DNA of 64,000 nucleotides, from sequence record NC_010324.1, one strand, 5' to 3'. The position numbers and the translations under genes are program-made. Below, piece by piece: positions 9,143 to 19,474 of the stretch (its first letter is position 1; every line of letters begins with the position of its first letter). The DNA comes from Escherichia phage phiEco32. The notes under the pieces were generated by a model, which was not told the origin of the DNA, did no database searches, and was given only the letters and a program-made list of their open reading frames with translations.

Positions 9143-9895
9143 ATGGCAATGCCAGATGTTCAATACCCCATCAATACCTATGGGTGGCTAAAGAAGGCCG
9201 TGGCCCTCTGGGCAGATAGGGACGATGACGAATTTGTTAATCAAATTCCAAACTTTATTAACTTTGCAGAGAAAGAGATTTATCGTAACTTACGTATTCC
9301 TCCTCTGGAAAAAGAAGTGTATTTAGATATCAAAGATGGAGTGGCTTATATTCCTCCTGATTACTTAGAAGCTCAGTGGATGATGAGAGCCAAAGATGGT
9401 ACAATCTTCCAAGTAACCTCTCCTGAGGAGATTAGCTATCGTAGACAGCACGGAACAATTAACCCATCTCACTGGAACAACCAACCTGTTAACTTTGCTC
9501 GTTTCGGGAGTCGTTTCATTTTCTATCCTAGTATTGAAGCAGATACTCCATACTATCCTGATGATGGAAGCCCTTTGATTCCAGCAGAAAACTCAGTGAT
9601 TCTTAGCTATTATGCAGACCCACCGGAATTCCACGAAGATACAGATACGAGTGCTATTCTTACTATCGCACCAGAGCTTCTTCTGTATTTCACCCTACGT
9701 CATGCTTGTCTGTTTGTTCAAGATGATAATGGAGTTCAGAAATGGTCAGCATTAGGAAAAGCTATCCTTGATGAAATAGTAGAGCAGAATAAGAAACAAG
9801 AGTACTCAGGTTCACCTATCGCAATTCCGAATAACATGACTCGACTTCAGAGCAGCTTGCCTGATATTTATGGTATTCGTACTTCTCGTGTATAA
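9143..9895 (+). CDS. virion structural protein (possibly head-tail adaptor)
   Basis: ORF track; SD AAGGAGG; position between capsid module and tail fibers. Confidence 0.5.
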   Translation: MAMPDVQYPINTYGWLKKAVALWADRDDDEFVNQIPNFINFAEKEIYRNLRIPPLEKEVYLDIKDGVAYIPPDYLEAQWMMRAKDGTIFQVTSPEEISYRRQHGTINPSHWNNQPVNFARFGSRFIFYPSIEADTPYYPDDGSPLIPAENSVILSYYADPPEFHEDTDTSAILTIAPELLLYFTLRHACLFVQDDNGVQKWSALGKAILDEIVEQNKKQEYSGSPIAIPNNMTRLQSSLPDIYGIRTSRV

Positions 9896-9904
9896 GGAGA
9901 TAAT

Positions 9905-12547
9905 ATGATCGTTTATAATAACCAAGCACCCGATGCAGTGAATAATGTTGGGCAGTTTGGTGCTACTGAAGGCTCTATTGGAGCTTATAAGCAAGCCGCA
10001 GAATATGCAGCTGACTCTAAATATTGGGCACTGCTAGCAGAATCTAAGTTTGGTACAATTGACGACTTGATTGCTGAAGTAGAACGTCTGTATCAACAGG
10101 GTGTTCTGATGAAGCAAGATATCGAAGATCTTAAGCAGGACTTTAAAGATCAAGATGCTCGTCTGATGGGTTTGGTTGCTCAAACTAACGCAGCAGTTGC
10201 TGATGCGAATAATGCTGTAGCTCTTATTAACCAGAAACTTATTGAAGTCCAGAATCAGCTTGACGTTCTGTTAGGAATGTCCGTTGATGTAACCACACTT
10301 CCTCCGGGAACCCCAGCTACTGGCTCTTTTAATCCGAATACTGGTGTAATTTCTTTAGGTATCCCAGAGGGTGATCCCGGAAAAGACGGTTCTGTTAAAG
10401 ACTTGGATACAGCACCTACTGGTGTTCCAGAGCTAGGTGATTTAGGTTTCTATGTTGATAAAGATGACAACACTGTTCACAAAACTACTCTAGATAACAT
10501 TGCTAACTTAATCCCATCTGTTCGTTCTGTCTCTATTAACGGCGGTCCAGCTCTTGATGGAGAGGTTGCTCTAACACTTAACAAAGAGACGGTAGGTTTA
10601 GGAAATGTTCTGAACGTCGCTCAGTACAGTCGTCAAGAGATTAATGACAAATTTGACAAGACTACCAAGACATACCAATCAAAAGCAGAAGCTGATGCTG
10701 ATGCTCAGTATCGTCAAGTAGGTGAGAAAGTTTTAGTTTGGGAAGCTACTAAGTATGAATTCTATACTGTTGCTGCTAACAAAACACTGACTCCTGTTAA
10801 AACTGAAGGTAGAATTCTTACCGTTAACTCTCGCTCTCCAGACTCAAGCGGTAATATCGATATCACGATTCCAACAGGTAACCCGTCTTTGTATCTTGGT
10901 GAAATGGTAATGTTCCCTTACGACCCATCTAAGAATATCTCCTACCCAGGAGTTCTTCCTGCTGATGGTCGTCTAGTATCAAAAGAATCTGCTTCAGATT
11001 TAGGCCCATCCCTTGTCAGCGGACAGCTCCCTGTTGTTTCAGAAACTGAATGGCAAGCGGGGGCTAAACAGTACTTCTCTTGGGGTAAGTTAGCAGACGG
11101 TATTACCGATGCGGATTCTACTAATTTTATCAACATTCGACTCCCTGATTGGACTGGAGGGGAGGCAATAAGAGCACCAGATTCTGATAAAGACTCTCAG
11201 TACAATGGGTCTGTACAGGCTCAGAAACCTTATGTTGTTACTGTAAATAACCAAGCTCCTGATGAGATTACTGGTAATGTGAACATCTCCAGATCTATCT
11301 TGGGAGCAGCTTCTTCTGGTGCAAACTCTGATATAACATCCCTGACAGGACTCACTACAGCTCTCTCTATCGCTCAAGGCGGTACAGGAGGGAAAACTCC
11401 ATCTGAAGCTAGGGCAAACCTGAATCTTGAAAGATTTCAACAAGACAATTCGCAGACTTTGATATATTCTCCTGATTATGCCCGTCGTGTTTATGTTGAC
11501 AACACTGGTGGTTCTTGGGGGTGCCAGAACGTAACAGATGGCGGTTTTATTGCTCTTGGTATTCCTCAAGGGGGTACGGGAGCTAAGGATGCTGCTGGTG
11601 CACGAAGCAATCTCGGTTTGGGTTCAGTGTCCACGCTAAACAATATACCCGTAGCTAATGGAGGTACTGGAGCAACTACTGCTGCTGGTGCTCGTTCCAA
11701 CTTAGGTCTCGGGAGTGTTTCTACTCTAGATAACGTCCCTATTGCTAGCGGTGGGACAGGTGCTGGGGATGCTGCTGGTGCAAGGTTTAACCTAGGGTTG
11801 GGGAGTTCAGCTACTCTAAACACTGGAACTACCAGCGGTAATGTTCTTAAGGTTGGTGATTTTGGAATTGGAAGACCTGATGGTGCTCTTGTTTTTGATA
11901 CTACTTCACAAGACCAACTTCTTGCTGGACTTGACACTTATGGGCTGTGTGTGTTTAGGAATAACCAACAAATAGCAGCACCTTGGGATATATGGAACTA
12001 CTCCTCAAACCTCTTCTTTAGGGCAGGAGACACATACAGTATGATAAGTATTCCGTTTGAGTCTGCCGGTAAGATAAAAGTTTTTGGTGGTGCAGCAGGC
12101 AGTGGGTGGAAAACCTCAAGGACGGTATATGATACCGTAAATACAACTGTTGACGTCAATGGCTTTATCAAAGCAGCGTCACCGATAGTTAAGGTATTCC
12201 ATGACGGAAGTTTTGAAACAAACGAACAATCTGATGGAGTTAGTGTTAAGAAAATCTCCACCGGGGTTTATTTAATTTCAGGGTGTCTTGGTCTTAATTC
12301 TGATGCAGGATGGGGTGGTGTAGATGGAGGTTTTGAAATCCCAATAGACCGAAACAAACAACCTAGAGTTTGGCTTGACTATGAGGTTAAAGAGGATGGT
12401 TCTCTTTTAATTAAAACTTATCATAGAACCCATTCAACATCCCCAGCTTTTGCTAGAAACGAGTTGGAAGGTTTTTCTGACGGAGACCCTGTTGACATTC
12501 CTAAGGATGCGTTCATTTCGGTTCGTGTTGAAATGCCTTCTAAGTAA
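9905..12547 (+). CDS. tail fiber protein with internal tandem repeats
   Basis: 880 aa; three 30-aa GGTGAxxAAGARSNLGLGSVSTL repeats typical of phage fiber repeats; SD AAGGAGA. Confidence 0.7.
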   Translation: MIVYNNQAPDAVNNVGQFGATEGSIGAYKQAAEYAADSKYWALLAESKFGTIDDLIAEVERLYQQGVLMKQDIEDLKQDFKDQDARLMGLVAQTNAAVADANNAVALINQKLIEVQNQLDVLLGMSVDVTTLPPGTPATGSFNPNTGVISLGIPEGDPGKDGSVKDLDTAPTGVPELGDLGFYVDKDDNTVHKTTLDNIANLIPSVRSVSINGGPALDGEVALTLNKETVGLGNVLNVAQYSRQEINDKFDKTTKTYQSKAEADADAQYRQVGEKVLVWEATKYEFYTVAANKTLTPVKTEGRILTVNSRSPDSSGNIDITIPTGNPSLYLGEMVMFPYDPSKNISYPGVLPADGRLVSKESASDLGPSLVSGQLPVVSETEWQAGAKQYFSWGKLADGITDADSTNFINIRLPDWTGGEAIRAPDSDKDSQYNGSVQAQKPYVVTVNNQAPDEITGNVNISRSILGAASSGANSDITSLTGLTTALSIAQGGTGGKTPSEARANLNLERFQQDNSQTLIYSPDYARRVYVDNTGGSWGCQNVTDGGFIALGIPQGGTGAKDAAGARSNLGLGSVSTLNNIPVANGGTGATTAAGARSNLGLGSVSTLDNVPIASGGTGAGDAAGARFNLGLGSSATLNTGTTSGNVLKVGDFGIGRPDGALVFDTTSQDQLLAGLDTYGLCVFRNNQQIAAPWDIWNYSSNLFFRAGDTYSMISIPFESAGKIKVFGGAAGSGWKTSRTVYDTVNTTVDVNGFIKAASPIVKVFHDGSFETNEQSDGVSVKKISTGVYLISGCLGLNSDAGWGGVDGGFEIPIDRNKQPRVWLDYEVKEDGSLLIKTYHRTHSTSPAFARNELEGFSDGDPVDIPKDAFISVRVEMPSK
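11569..11838 (+). repeat. intragenic 3 x 90-bp tandem repeat inside tail fiber gene
   Basis: Protein-level repeat GGTGA(K/T/G)..AAGAR(S/F)NLGLGS(V/S)STL x3; a degenerate fourth copy lies upstream. Confidence 0.6.
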
Positions 12548-12556
12548 ATTAACAAT

Positions 12557-12572
12557 GCTCCCTTCGGGGAGC
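12557..12572 (+). terminator. hairpin gctccc-ttcg-gggagc (UUCG tetraloop), weak U-run
   Basis: Perfect 6-bp stem between tail fiber genes; only TTT follows, so may act as stabiliser or attenuator. Confidence 0.35.
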
Positions 12573-12587
12573 TTTAAGGAGATTTAA

Positions 12588-14756
12588 ATGGCTAGAGAAT
12601 TAATGCCCAAATCTGGTATAATGATGCCTCATGTGGTTGTAACCAGAGATGCGGCTGTTGTTGGTGTTTCTACCGTAGATGGACAGGCAGGGGCTATTGA
12701 CCTCACTGGAAAGTATCTACAGAAAACTGACGCAGCTGCTACCTACCAGACTAAAACAGAAGGCGCATCTAAAGATTTTGTGCTGGATTCAATTCAACCT
12801 ATTATGTCTGGTGCTTTGTTCCGAGAAGATCCTTGGGTTGTGAACGACACACCTTTCCGCTCTACTGGAGCTAACGGAGTAGAGTCAGTGGATATGATGA
12901 AGGTCACTCCTGATAACTCAATTAAGATTGGCAGCTATGCTTCCTCGGTTCAAGGCGTAGAAATTCATTCTGCTGGTCGTCTTCAGGTTGTTGACCAGAA
13001 TGACAGTGGTGTAGAAACTAAGTATCCAGTTTATTCTAAACGTTATCGTCCCGAGATTGAGGATTTACCTTTCGCTGCGATTGGCTCTTATGTTAAAGAC
13101 TCCAAGGGCCGTACTATAGGTGTTAATCGTACAGGGATTAACTCTGATATCAAACAACTTACCCAGAAGGTAACTTTCACTCAACCAGTAACTGTCCCTG
13201 ATGCAGTTGGTGATTATGATGCCGTCACTTTGAGGCAACTTCGTAACAGTGGTGGTGGTTCTGGCGGTCCTACGATGAGTGGTATCTCTAACTTTGGTAT
13301 TGGTGATTTCCATTTACGTGACAGTCGAGCTTTCATCCCAGCTTTTGAAGTAGTGTCTGACGGACAGCTTTTGAACCGTGCGGATTATCCCGACCTGTGG
13401 GCATATGCTCAGTTGTTGTCACCTATAGAAGACTCTGAATGGGTGAGTAATGTTTATCAAAGAGGTAAGTATTCTAAGGGAAATGGCACAACTACTTTCC
13501 GTGTCCCTGACAGAAACGGTGTACAATCTGGTTCTATTCAAGGTCTTTTCGGGAGAGGTGATGCTGGTTCTTCTGGTAGCAATGGGGTTGTATCAGATTC
13601 TGGTGCACCAAATATCACATACTCATCTCCTCATACAATGGTAACACTCGCCTCTGCTTCGGGGCAGGTGGCAACTAATGGAGCAATCCAATCAATCACA
13701 TCTACAGACGATGTGGCTCCAGTAGGGACTGGAGGTAAATATATATCCACAAACTTTGACGCATCGCGTTCCAGCGCTGTTTACGGTCGTTCTCTTTCTG
13801 AGGTAGTTCCTCGCAACTTTATTGGTGTTTGGACTATCCGTGCTCATGGAGGGTTTACTGCTGCTAACACTTCTTGGTCTGTTATTAATAGTGATGCTTC
13901 AGAACAACCTACAGGTACACCAATTACTGGTGGGTTGGTTTCCTCTAAATATGTAGTTGGAGGTGTTGATAAATACCGGTCCTCTATCCAGTTGCTAGGG
14001 TCTAATGAAGTTGATCTATCAACTAGAATTACCACCATAAATGATAGATATGCTATTGGGGCTGCAACTTGGGATTTTAAATTAGACGGTAAACTTCTTT
14101 TCAACAAGAGCCTGACTCCTAAGGGGACAGGGGAATCTCCGGGAAATACTTATTTAACACTAGCTAACACTTGGATGAGTGCTGCATACAGTGGATACAT
14201 AGGGTTTGTTGGTGGTGGGGTTGGGGTTTCTAATGGTGGTTGGAGAAACTTTATTTCTTTAGGCTCTCTAATCTTCCCAGACTCCAGTCACCCAACTGCT
14301 GTTATTTCTCAGGTTTATGACTATGACCTTTCTACAGGAAGCCAACCTAATGGAGACATTGTCAGAAATACCTATTTCAGTGCTGAGAGCTACGATATTA
14401 CCTTCGGGAACAACAGTGGGACTACTAATTACATCTTCAGTAAATCTCCAGTCTCTGACGAACGACTCAAACATAGCATTAAGGAAGAAGGGACAGCCAC
14501 AGCTCTTTCTAACCTAAATAAGATGGAGTATAAAACCTTTATCTATAATTATGATGAGAAAGCAACTGTAAGGCGTGGGTTTATTGCCCAACAACTTGAA
14601 GCTATTGACCCTCAATATGTTAGGAAGTATAAAACCTTCAAAGGTACTGATACCCTAGCTTTAGATGAGAATGTGTTGCTTTTAGATGCAATTGCTGCTA
14701 TTCAAGAGCTTACCAAAAAGGTTGAGGTTTTAGAAGCAAAATTGGCAGAGAAGTAA
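12588..14756 (+). CDS. tail fiber / tailspike with C-terminal intramolecular-chaperone (peptidase S74-like) domain
   Basis: C-terminal ~100 aa SDERLKHSI...RRGFIAQQLEAIDPQYV...LLLDAIAAIQELTKKVEVLEAKL matches the auto-cleaving chaperone domain of endosialidase-type fibers; SD AAGGAG. Confidence 0.7.
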   Translation: MARELMPKSGIMMPHVVVTRDAAVVGVSTVDGQAGAIDLTGKYLQKTDAAATYQTKTEGASKDFVLDSIQPIMSGALFREDPWVVNDTPFRSTGANGVESVDMMKVTPDNSIKIGSYASSVQGVEIHSAGRLQVVDQNDSGVETKYPVYSKRYRPEIEDLPFAAIGSYVKDSKGRTIGVNRTGINSDIKQLTQKVTFTQPVTVPDAVGDYDAVTLRQLRNSGGGSGGPTMSGISNFGIGDFHLRDSRAFIPAFEVVSDGQLLNRADYPDLWAYAQLLSPIEDSEWVSNVYQRGKYSKGNGTTTFRVPDRNGVQSGSIQGLFGRGDAGSSGSNGVVSDSGAPNITYSSPHTMVTLASASGQVATNGAIQSITSTDDVAPVGTGGKYISTNFDASRSSAVYGRSLSEVVPRNFIGVWTIRAHGGFTAANTSWSVINSDASEQPTGTPITGGLVSSKYVVGGVDKYRSSIQLLGSNEVDLSTRITTINDRYAIGAATWDFKLDGKLLFNKSLTPKGTGESPGNTYLTLANTWMSAAYSGYIGFVGGGVGVSNGGWRNFISLGSLIFPDSSHPTAVISQVYDYDLSTGSQPNGDIVRNTYFSAESYDITFGNNSGTTNYIFSKSPVSDERLKHSIKEEGTATALSNLNKMEYKTFIYNYDEKATVRRGFIAQQLEAIDPQYVRKYKTFKGTDTLALDENVLLLDAIAAIQELTKKVEVLEAKLAEK

Positions 14757-14760
14757 TATA

Positions 14761-14776
14761 AGCCCCTTCGGGGGCT
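14761..14776 (+). terminator. hairpin agcccc-ttcg-ggggct (UUCG tetraloop)
   Basis: Perfect 6-bp stem right after the stop; weak T-run. Confidence 0.35.
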
Positions 14777-14848
14777 TTAGTAGTAAGTACCCTTAGTAAG
14801 TAATGAAACTAATATATCCCAAGAGGTTAATATATAGGAGACACTCAA

Positions 14849-15067
14849 ATGAAAATGATGAAACAAGCTGCATACGGTTTAATATGTTTAGGTGCAGGCG
14901 TTGTGGTATCAACCGCAGTCCCTGTAGGCGCAGTTCATCCATTAGTAACTGTCCCTGCTCCAGTAGAGAAGCTCAGCTCTCAATGCAAGCAGAGAACAAT
15001 TCAAAATAACCTAGTTGTTATTTGTCCTGATGCTGAATCTAACGCTCTGAGAAAGATACTACCTTAA
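14849..15067 (+). CDS. small membrane protein, candidate holin
   Basis: 72 aa; N-terminal hydrophobic segment AAYGLICLGAGVVVSTAVPVGAV; immediately upstream of the endolysin; SD AGGAGA. Confidence 0.35.
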   Translation: MKMMKQAAYGLICLGAGVVVSTAVPVGAVHPLVTVPAPVEKLSSQCKQRTIQNNLVVICPDAESNALRKILP

Positions 15068-15096
15068 TTTAAAGGGACTACAAAAGGAGGTTAGAA

Positions 15097-15588
15097 ATGG
15101 ATAACGTCGCATTGCCACCTGTACAACTAAACTTAAGCCCAGCTGGAATGGAATTCATCATGAAGCATGAGGGTATGAGAACAAAGGCTTATAAAGATTC
15201 CGCAGGTATCTGGACTATATGTGTAGGGGCTACGCGCGATATGAATGGTTATCCGGTTAGACAAGGATTAACGTATTCTATAGAGGATTGTCTAGCTCTG
15301 CTAGATAGAGACACACAAGACTCTGTTCGTGCTACTCAGAAGAACATAAAGGTTCCTTTACTAGTTCATGAGTTTGATGCACTCACTTCTTTCAACTTCA
15401 ATGTTGGCAGTGGGGCTTTGAGCACATCTAAGTTAAGGAAGGTTATCAATGGAGAAGTGAAAGGTGATGTATATTCCGAATTTCTTCGTTGGGATAAAAT
15501 AACGGTCAAGGGAGAGAAGCAGAGAAGTCAGGGTCTTCATAATAGAAGGGTTGCAGAAGCTGATCTTTACACCGAAGGTAAATATTAA
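15097..15588 (+). CDS. endolysin, T4-lysozyme-like (GH24) muramidase
   Basis: Catalytic pattern E-8aa-D-5aa-T in MKHEGMRTKAYKDSAGIWTICVGAT; no signal sequence; SD AAGGAGG. Confidence 0.85.
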   Translation: MDNVALPPVQLNLSPAGMEFIMKHEGMRTKAYKDSAGIWTICVGATRDMNGYPVRQGLTYSIEDCLALLDRDTQDSVRATQKNIKVPLLVHEFDALTSFNFNVGSGALSTSKLRKVINGEVKGDVYSEFLRWDKITVKGEKQRSQGLHNRRVAEADLYTEGKY

Positions 15589-15600
15589 TGGAGGTGCCTT

Positions 15601-16404
15601 TTGGCTATCGAAACTAATGCGGTAGTTATTACCGACTTAAACCCACTCTATCCTAGAGACAGGGATTACATCTACGAAGGGGCGGCTCAAATCCGCCTCA
15701 TTAAGCAAACGTTACAGAACACATTCCCCAATGTTACAGAACCGGTTGATATAGATTCTGACACCTTTAAGATTATGTCAGAGAAGCTCAAGTTTACTGG
15801 TGATGCAATGGATGTTGGTGGTCTTATGATCAAGAACGTTACTCCGGGAACTGGTGACAAGGATGTTGTTACTAAAGGTCAGATGGAAGCGTTCATGAAG
15901 AACTGGATGGAGAATAAGCTCTATCGAATTGGTTCTTACTACATCACTGAAGAAGACATTAACCCCGGTGATTCAATCTCCTTAGGGTTTGGTTCTTGGG
16001 CTAAAGTGACTGGTGTCATTATGGGTACTGGTGTAGTAAACCCTGATGGCTCTGTTCCTAATGCTCAGAGAGTTGAGTTCCAAGCAGGTGGTACTGGTGG
16101 TCGTGTCTTCAATACTATTCGAACTGAGAACGTACCTTTGATGACTGTTAATGGCTCCAGCTTCTCTCTATCTAGTAATACTCACAGTCACAATATGGTA
16201 TTTGGTCGTGGAGATGCTAGTGGTCATAACAGCTCACCAAACTGGTATAGTCCGGGTGGTGGTTACAGCCAGAGAACTGATAATGACACACATACTCATA
16301 CAATCTCTGGTAGTGTAAGTCTTGGTCGTGATGATATCTCTCGTCAACCTATTAACACTTTGCCACCATTCAGAGCAGCTCACATTTGGAGACGTATTAG
16401 CTAA
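15601..16404 (+). CDS. tail fiber protein with tail-collar-like C-terminal domain
   Basis: TTG start with SD GGAGGTG 4 nt upstream; His/Gly/Ser-rich C-terminus resembling phage tail collar domain. Confidence 0.5.
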   Translation: MAIETNAVVITDLNPLYPRDRDYIYEGAAQIRLIKQTLQNTFPNVTEPVDIDSDTFKIMSEKLKFTGDAMDVGGLMIKNVTPGTGDKDVVTKGQMEAFMKNWMENKLYRIGSYYITEEDINPGDSISLGFGSWAKVTGVIMGTGVVNPDGSVPNAQRVEFQAGGTGGRVFNTIRTENVPLMTVNGSSFSLSSNTHSHNMVFGRGDASGHNSSPNWYSPGGGYSQRTDNDTHTHTISGSVSLGRDDISRQPINTLPPFRAAHIWRRIS

Positions 16405-16413
16405 GGAGGAATT

Positions 16414-19400
16414 ATGGCGCTGTATCCAATAAAGTCATTAGGTGCTGTAGGCGTTATCGCTGATCAGGCTCCGACAGACTTAGCTCCTAATGCTTTCACT
16501 AATGCTATAAATGCTCGATTTGTGGAGCAGAGAGTATTTAAGACGGGGGGCAATGCCCCTCTTTCTTATGTAGATGAAGATAAGGATTTAACCCCTCTGT
16601 CTTTCATTTCTATGCCTTTCGATTATTATAGCGCAGGTAATAGCTTTCTTGTTGTAGGTACGGATAAGAAGTTATATAAACTGACAGATGAAAGCTTGAC
16701 TGATATTAGCCGTAAGGTTGCTACAGTCACTAAAAAGGCTTCTGCCTCAATTAAGATTTATCCGGTTGTTTCTCAGATTGTTCCTAAAGAATCAACCATC
16801 TCAATGAACTTCAATCAGACCAAGAATCTAGAGGTTTCTCTTCTTCCTGCTGATGCCAACAATACCGATCTTGTTTGGGAGGTTAGTAACTCATCTTATG
16901 GAAGTATTACAGTAGACCCTAGTGACTCTAAACTTGCTACTCTAACATCTTTTGAGAAAGAGGGTAATCTTGTAGTAACTATCTCTACTGCCAATGAATC
17001 CGTAGTGGCTCAGATTGCTGTTAATATCATAGATGGTGATTCAGGCATCTTCTTGAGTCAAGATACTGTTACAATTCGTAAGGGAGGGACTACTACTCTC
17101 ACGGCTGTTACTGGCAAGACTCCTGTAACTTGGTCCAGCAGTAACGCTTCTATTGTATCCGTAACCCCTAACGCCAACTCTTTAACTGCTGTCATTACAG
17201 CGAATGGAGAAGGTAATGTAACAATCACTGCTGATAACGGGACTAAGACTGCTTCTTGTGAGATTGTTTCTATCCCTCAGATTGATAGTATCTCTTTAAG
17301 CCAGTCAGATGTTACTGTGAGTAGAGGTTCTCAGTACATCTTAACTGCTACCCTTTCTCCTGCTAACGCCCCTAATCAAAATATTACTTGGACCTCTTCT
17401 AATCCAAATATTGCAACAGTATCAGGGACTAGCACACAAGGGACGATCAACGCTCTACTTGCTGGTTTTACTGAGATTACAGCTACCACTGAAGAAGGCA
17501 ACAGGATTGCTGTCTGTACTGTACGTGTAGATTTAGCTGGGAGGACAATGAGAACAAGTGCTATGGCATTTGCCGCTCCTGTGTCAGAGTCAGTAGAAAC
17601 TCAAGAGGAAGAAGTAGTAACTCCTCCTGAAAGTGAAGAGACGGTTTATTTTGCTGAGCCTACATCTGGTATTGATACATCAGGGATGTACGAAGGTAAT
17701 AACTTCTACGATTACTCTAACGTGAATGACATTGAAGGTTTTGCAAGAGCTTCTTTACTGGCAACCCCTCTGTCATCTGTAACCTTAGATATTGTCAGCG
17801 CTTCTCTTGATGTTGGTGAAGAGATTGTCATTACAGCCACAGCTTCTCCAGAAGGTGAGTACTCTTATCAGTGGTCTGTTGATAAAACTGGTTATGTTTC
17901 TACAACCTCAGTTACTGGTAAATCTATCAAACTGGTTGCTCTTCGTAAAGGAGAGATTAACGTAACATGTACTGTCAGTCAGATGACTCAGAAGGATTAC
18001 GATGCTTTTGATGACTACCCTTGGTATCACGCTGTTATCTCTAACTGTGCAGTTGCTACAACTCACTATGAAACTCCTCAGGTAAAAGAATTCGAATCAG
18101 AATACTTTGTAGACCTTCCGGGGTGGGGTGAGCAAACAGTTGTTGATAATGATGGAAACCCTTCAGTCAAGAAGTTTAACTGGAAATGTGAGAGAGTAAG
18201 ATCTTTTAACAACCGTCTTTTTGCTCTGAATATGAGAGAGGCTAACGCTTCTGGTGTTACCACTAACTACCCTCTTCGTCTTCGTTGGTCTAACTTTGCC
18301 AACGAGAACAAGGCTCCTACACTGTGGGATGACTTTGCCTATGATCGAGTTGTGTCTTCGGACTTAGCTTCTAACATCGTAGGGCAGACTCAGGCTCTAG
18401 AGAATGGGTATGCTGGTTACATCGACTTAGCAGATTCTAATGGTAGCTTGATTGATATCCTACCTCTTAAAGATTACTTGTTCGTTTATACAGAGTTTGA
18501 AACGTATATTGGTTCTCCGACTAATAACACGTACCAACCTCTAATGTTCAAGAAGCTCTTTAACGACTCTGGTATCCTTGCTCCCGAGTGTGTGGTTGAA
18601 GTAGAAGGTAGTCATTTCGTAGTTACTCAGAACGATGTAATCTTACACAACGGTGCAACCAAGAAGTCAATTGCATCTAACCGTGTTAAGAATATGTTGA
18701 TTAATGAGGTGTGTCTGGTTAATCCTCTAGCAACTCGAGTACACTTGCATCAGGATAAGAAAGAAGTTTGGGTTCTCTATGTAGGACCGGGGGAGCCAAA
18801 AGAAAGCTTCGCTTGTACTAAAGCTGCTGTATGGAACTACGAGTTTGATACTTGGTCTTTCCGTACTATCCCATATGCTCAGTGTATTGGTCTGGTTGAT
18901 CCTCCTGTTTTAGAAAGAGGTCCAATCTGGTCTGACTTCCAAGAAATCACTTGGGATGACCCATCTATTAAAGAACTCGTTTGGAGAAAGGATGCAACAA
19001 ACTTTAGACAGAGGGTTACGATAGTAGGTTCATTCTTGAAGGGATTCTATCAAGTGGATGTAGGTGCTCTTGATTATTTCTATGACAGGCTAAATGATGT
19101 TGTTATAGAGAAGCCTCTGGAAATGAGGTTGGAGAGGACTGGTATAGATTTTGATAATGTGACTAATGAGTGGAATCAGAAGCATATTAACAGGTTCCGG
19201 CCTCAGACAACCGGTTCAGGTACTTACATATTTGAAGCTGGTGGTAGTCAATTCTCAAATGAATACGGACACCCACACACATCTAAGACATATACGATCG
19301 GTGTTGACAGGCACGTCTCGGTGAGACTGAACCATCCATACCTTTTCTATAATGTTATAGATAATGATGTTAACAGTAATGCTGCTATCAATGGTTTAAC

Positions 19401-19431
19401 GATAGAGTTTGCTGTTGGCGGGCGGAGATAA
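16414..19431 (+). CDS. large tail protein with multiple Big_2 Ig-like domains
   Basis: 1005 aa; repeated WSSSN..V..VT..G..TA...G.VTITA..G motifs typical of Big_2 domains; SD AAGGAGG. Confidence 0.65.
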   Translation: MALYPIKSLGAVGVIADQAPTDLAPNAFTNAINARFVEQRVFKTGGNAPLSYVDEDKDLTPLSFISMPFDYYSAGNSFLVVGTDKKLYKLTDESLTDISRKVATVTKKASASIKIYPVVSQIVPKESTISMNFNQTKNLEVSLLPADANNTDLVWEVSNSSYGSITVDPSDSKLATLTSFEKEGNLVVTISTANESVVAQIAVNIIDGDSGIFLSQDTVTIRKGGTTTLTAVTGKTPVTWSSSNASIVSVTPNANSLTAVITANGEGNVTITADNGTKTASCEIVSIPQIDSISLSQSDVTVSRGSQYILTATLSPANAPNQNITWTSSNPNIATVSGTSTQGTINALLAGFTEITATTEEGNRIAVCTVRVDLAGRTMRTSAMAFAAPVSESVETQEEEVVTPPESEETVYFAEPTSGIDTSGMYEGNNFYDYSNVNDIEGFARASLLATPLSSVTLDIVSASLDVGEEIVITATASPEGEYSYQWSVDKTGYVSTTSVTGKSIKLVALRKGEINVTCTVSQMTQKDYDAFDDYPWYHAVISNCAVATTHYETPQVKEFESEYFVDLPGWGEQTVVDNDGNPSVKKFNWKCERVRSFNNRLFALNMREANASGVTTNYPLRLRWSNFANENKAPTLWDDFAYDRVVSSDLASNIVGQTQALENGYAGYIDLADSNGSLIDILPLKDYLFVYTEFETYIGSPTNNTYQPLMFKKLFNDSGILAPECVVEVEGSHFVVTQNDVILHNGATKKSIASNRVKNMLINEVCLVNPLATRVHLHQDKKEVWVLYVGPGEPKESFACTKAAVWNYEFDTWSFRTIPYAQCIGLVDPPVLERGPIWSDFQEITWDDPSIKELVWRKDATNFRQRVTIVGSFLKGFYQVDVGALDYFYDRLNDVVIEKPLEMRLERTGIDFDNVTNEWNQKHINRFRPQTTGSGTYIFEAGGSQFSNEYGHPHTSKTYTIGVDRHVSVRLNHPYLFYNVIDNDVNSNAAINGLTIEFAVGGRR

Positions 19432-19435
19432 CAAC

Positions 19436-19462
19436 AAGGGGCTTCGTGCCCCTTTTATTGTT
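19436..19462 (+). terminator. hairpin ggggc-ttcgt-gcccc followed by ttttattgtttt
   Basis: GC stem plus U-run right after the stop at 19431. Confidence 0.55.
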
Positions 19463-19474
19463 TTGGAGGAACTT

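Noticed and set aside
11090-11937. Minus-strand ORFs (159 and 123 aa) antisense to the tail fiber gene.
   Set aside because: Antisense to a strongly supported gene; the Pro/Ala-rich product mirrors the Gly/Ala repeats of the fiber on the opposite strand.
19409-19474. Upstream extension of the 19475..20443 gene.
   Set aside because: It overlaps the terminator hairpin after 19431; the ATG at 19475 has SD GGAGGAA.
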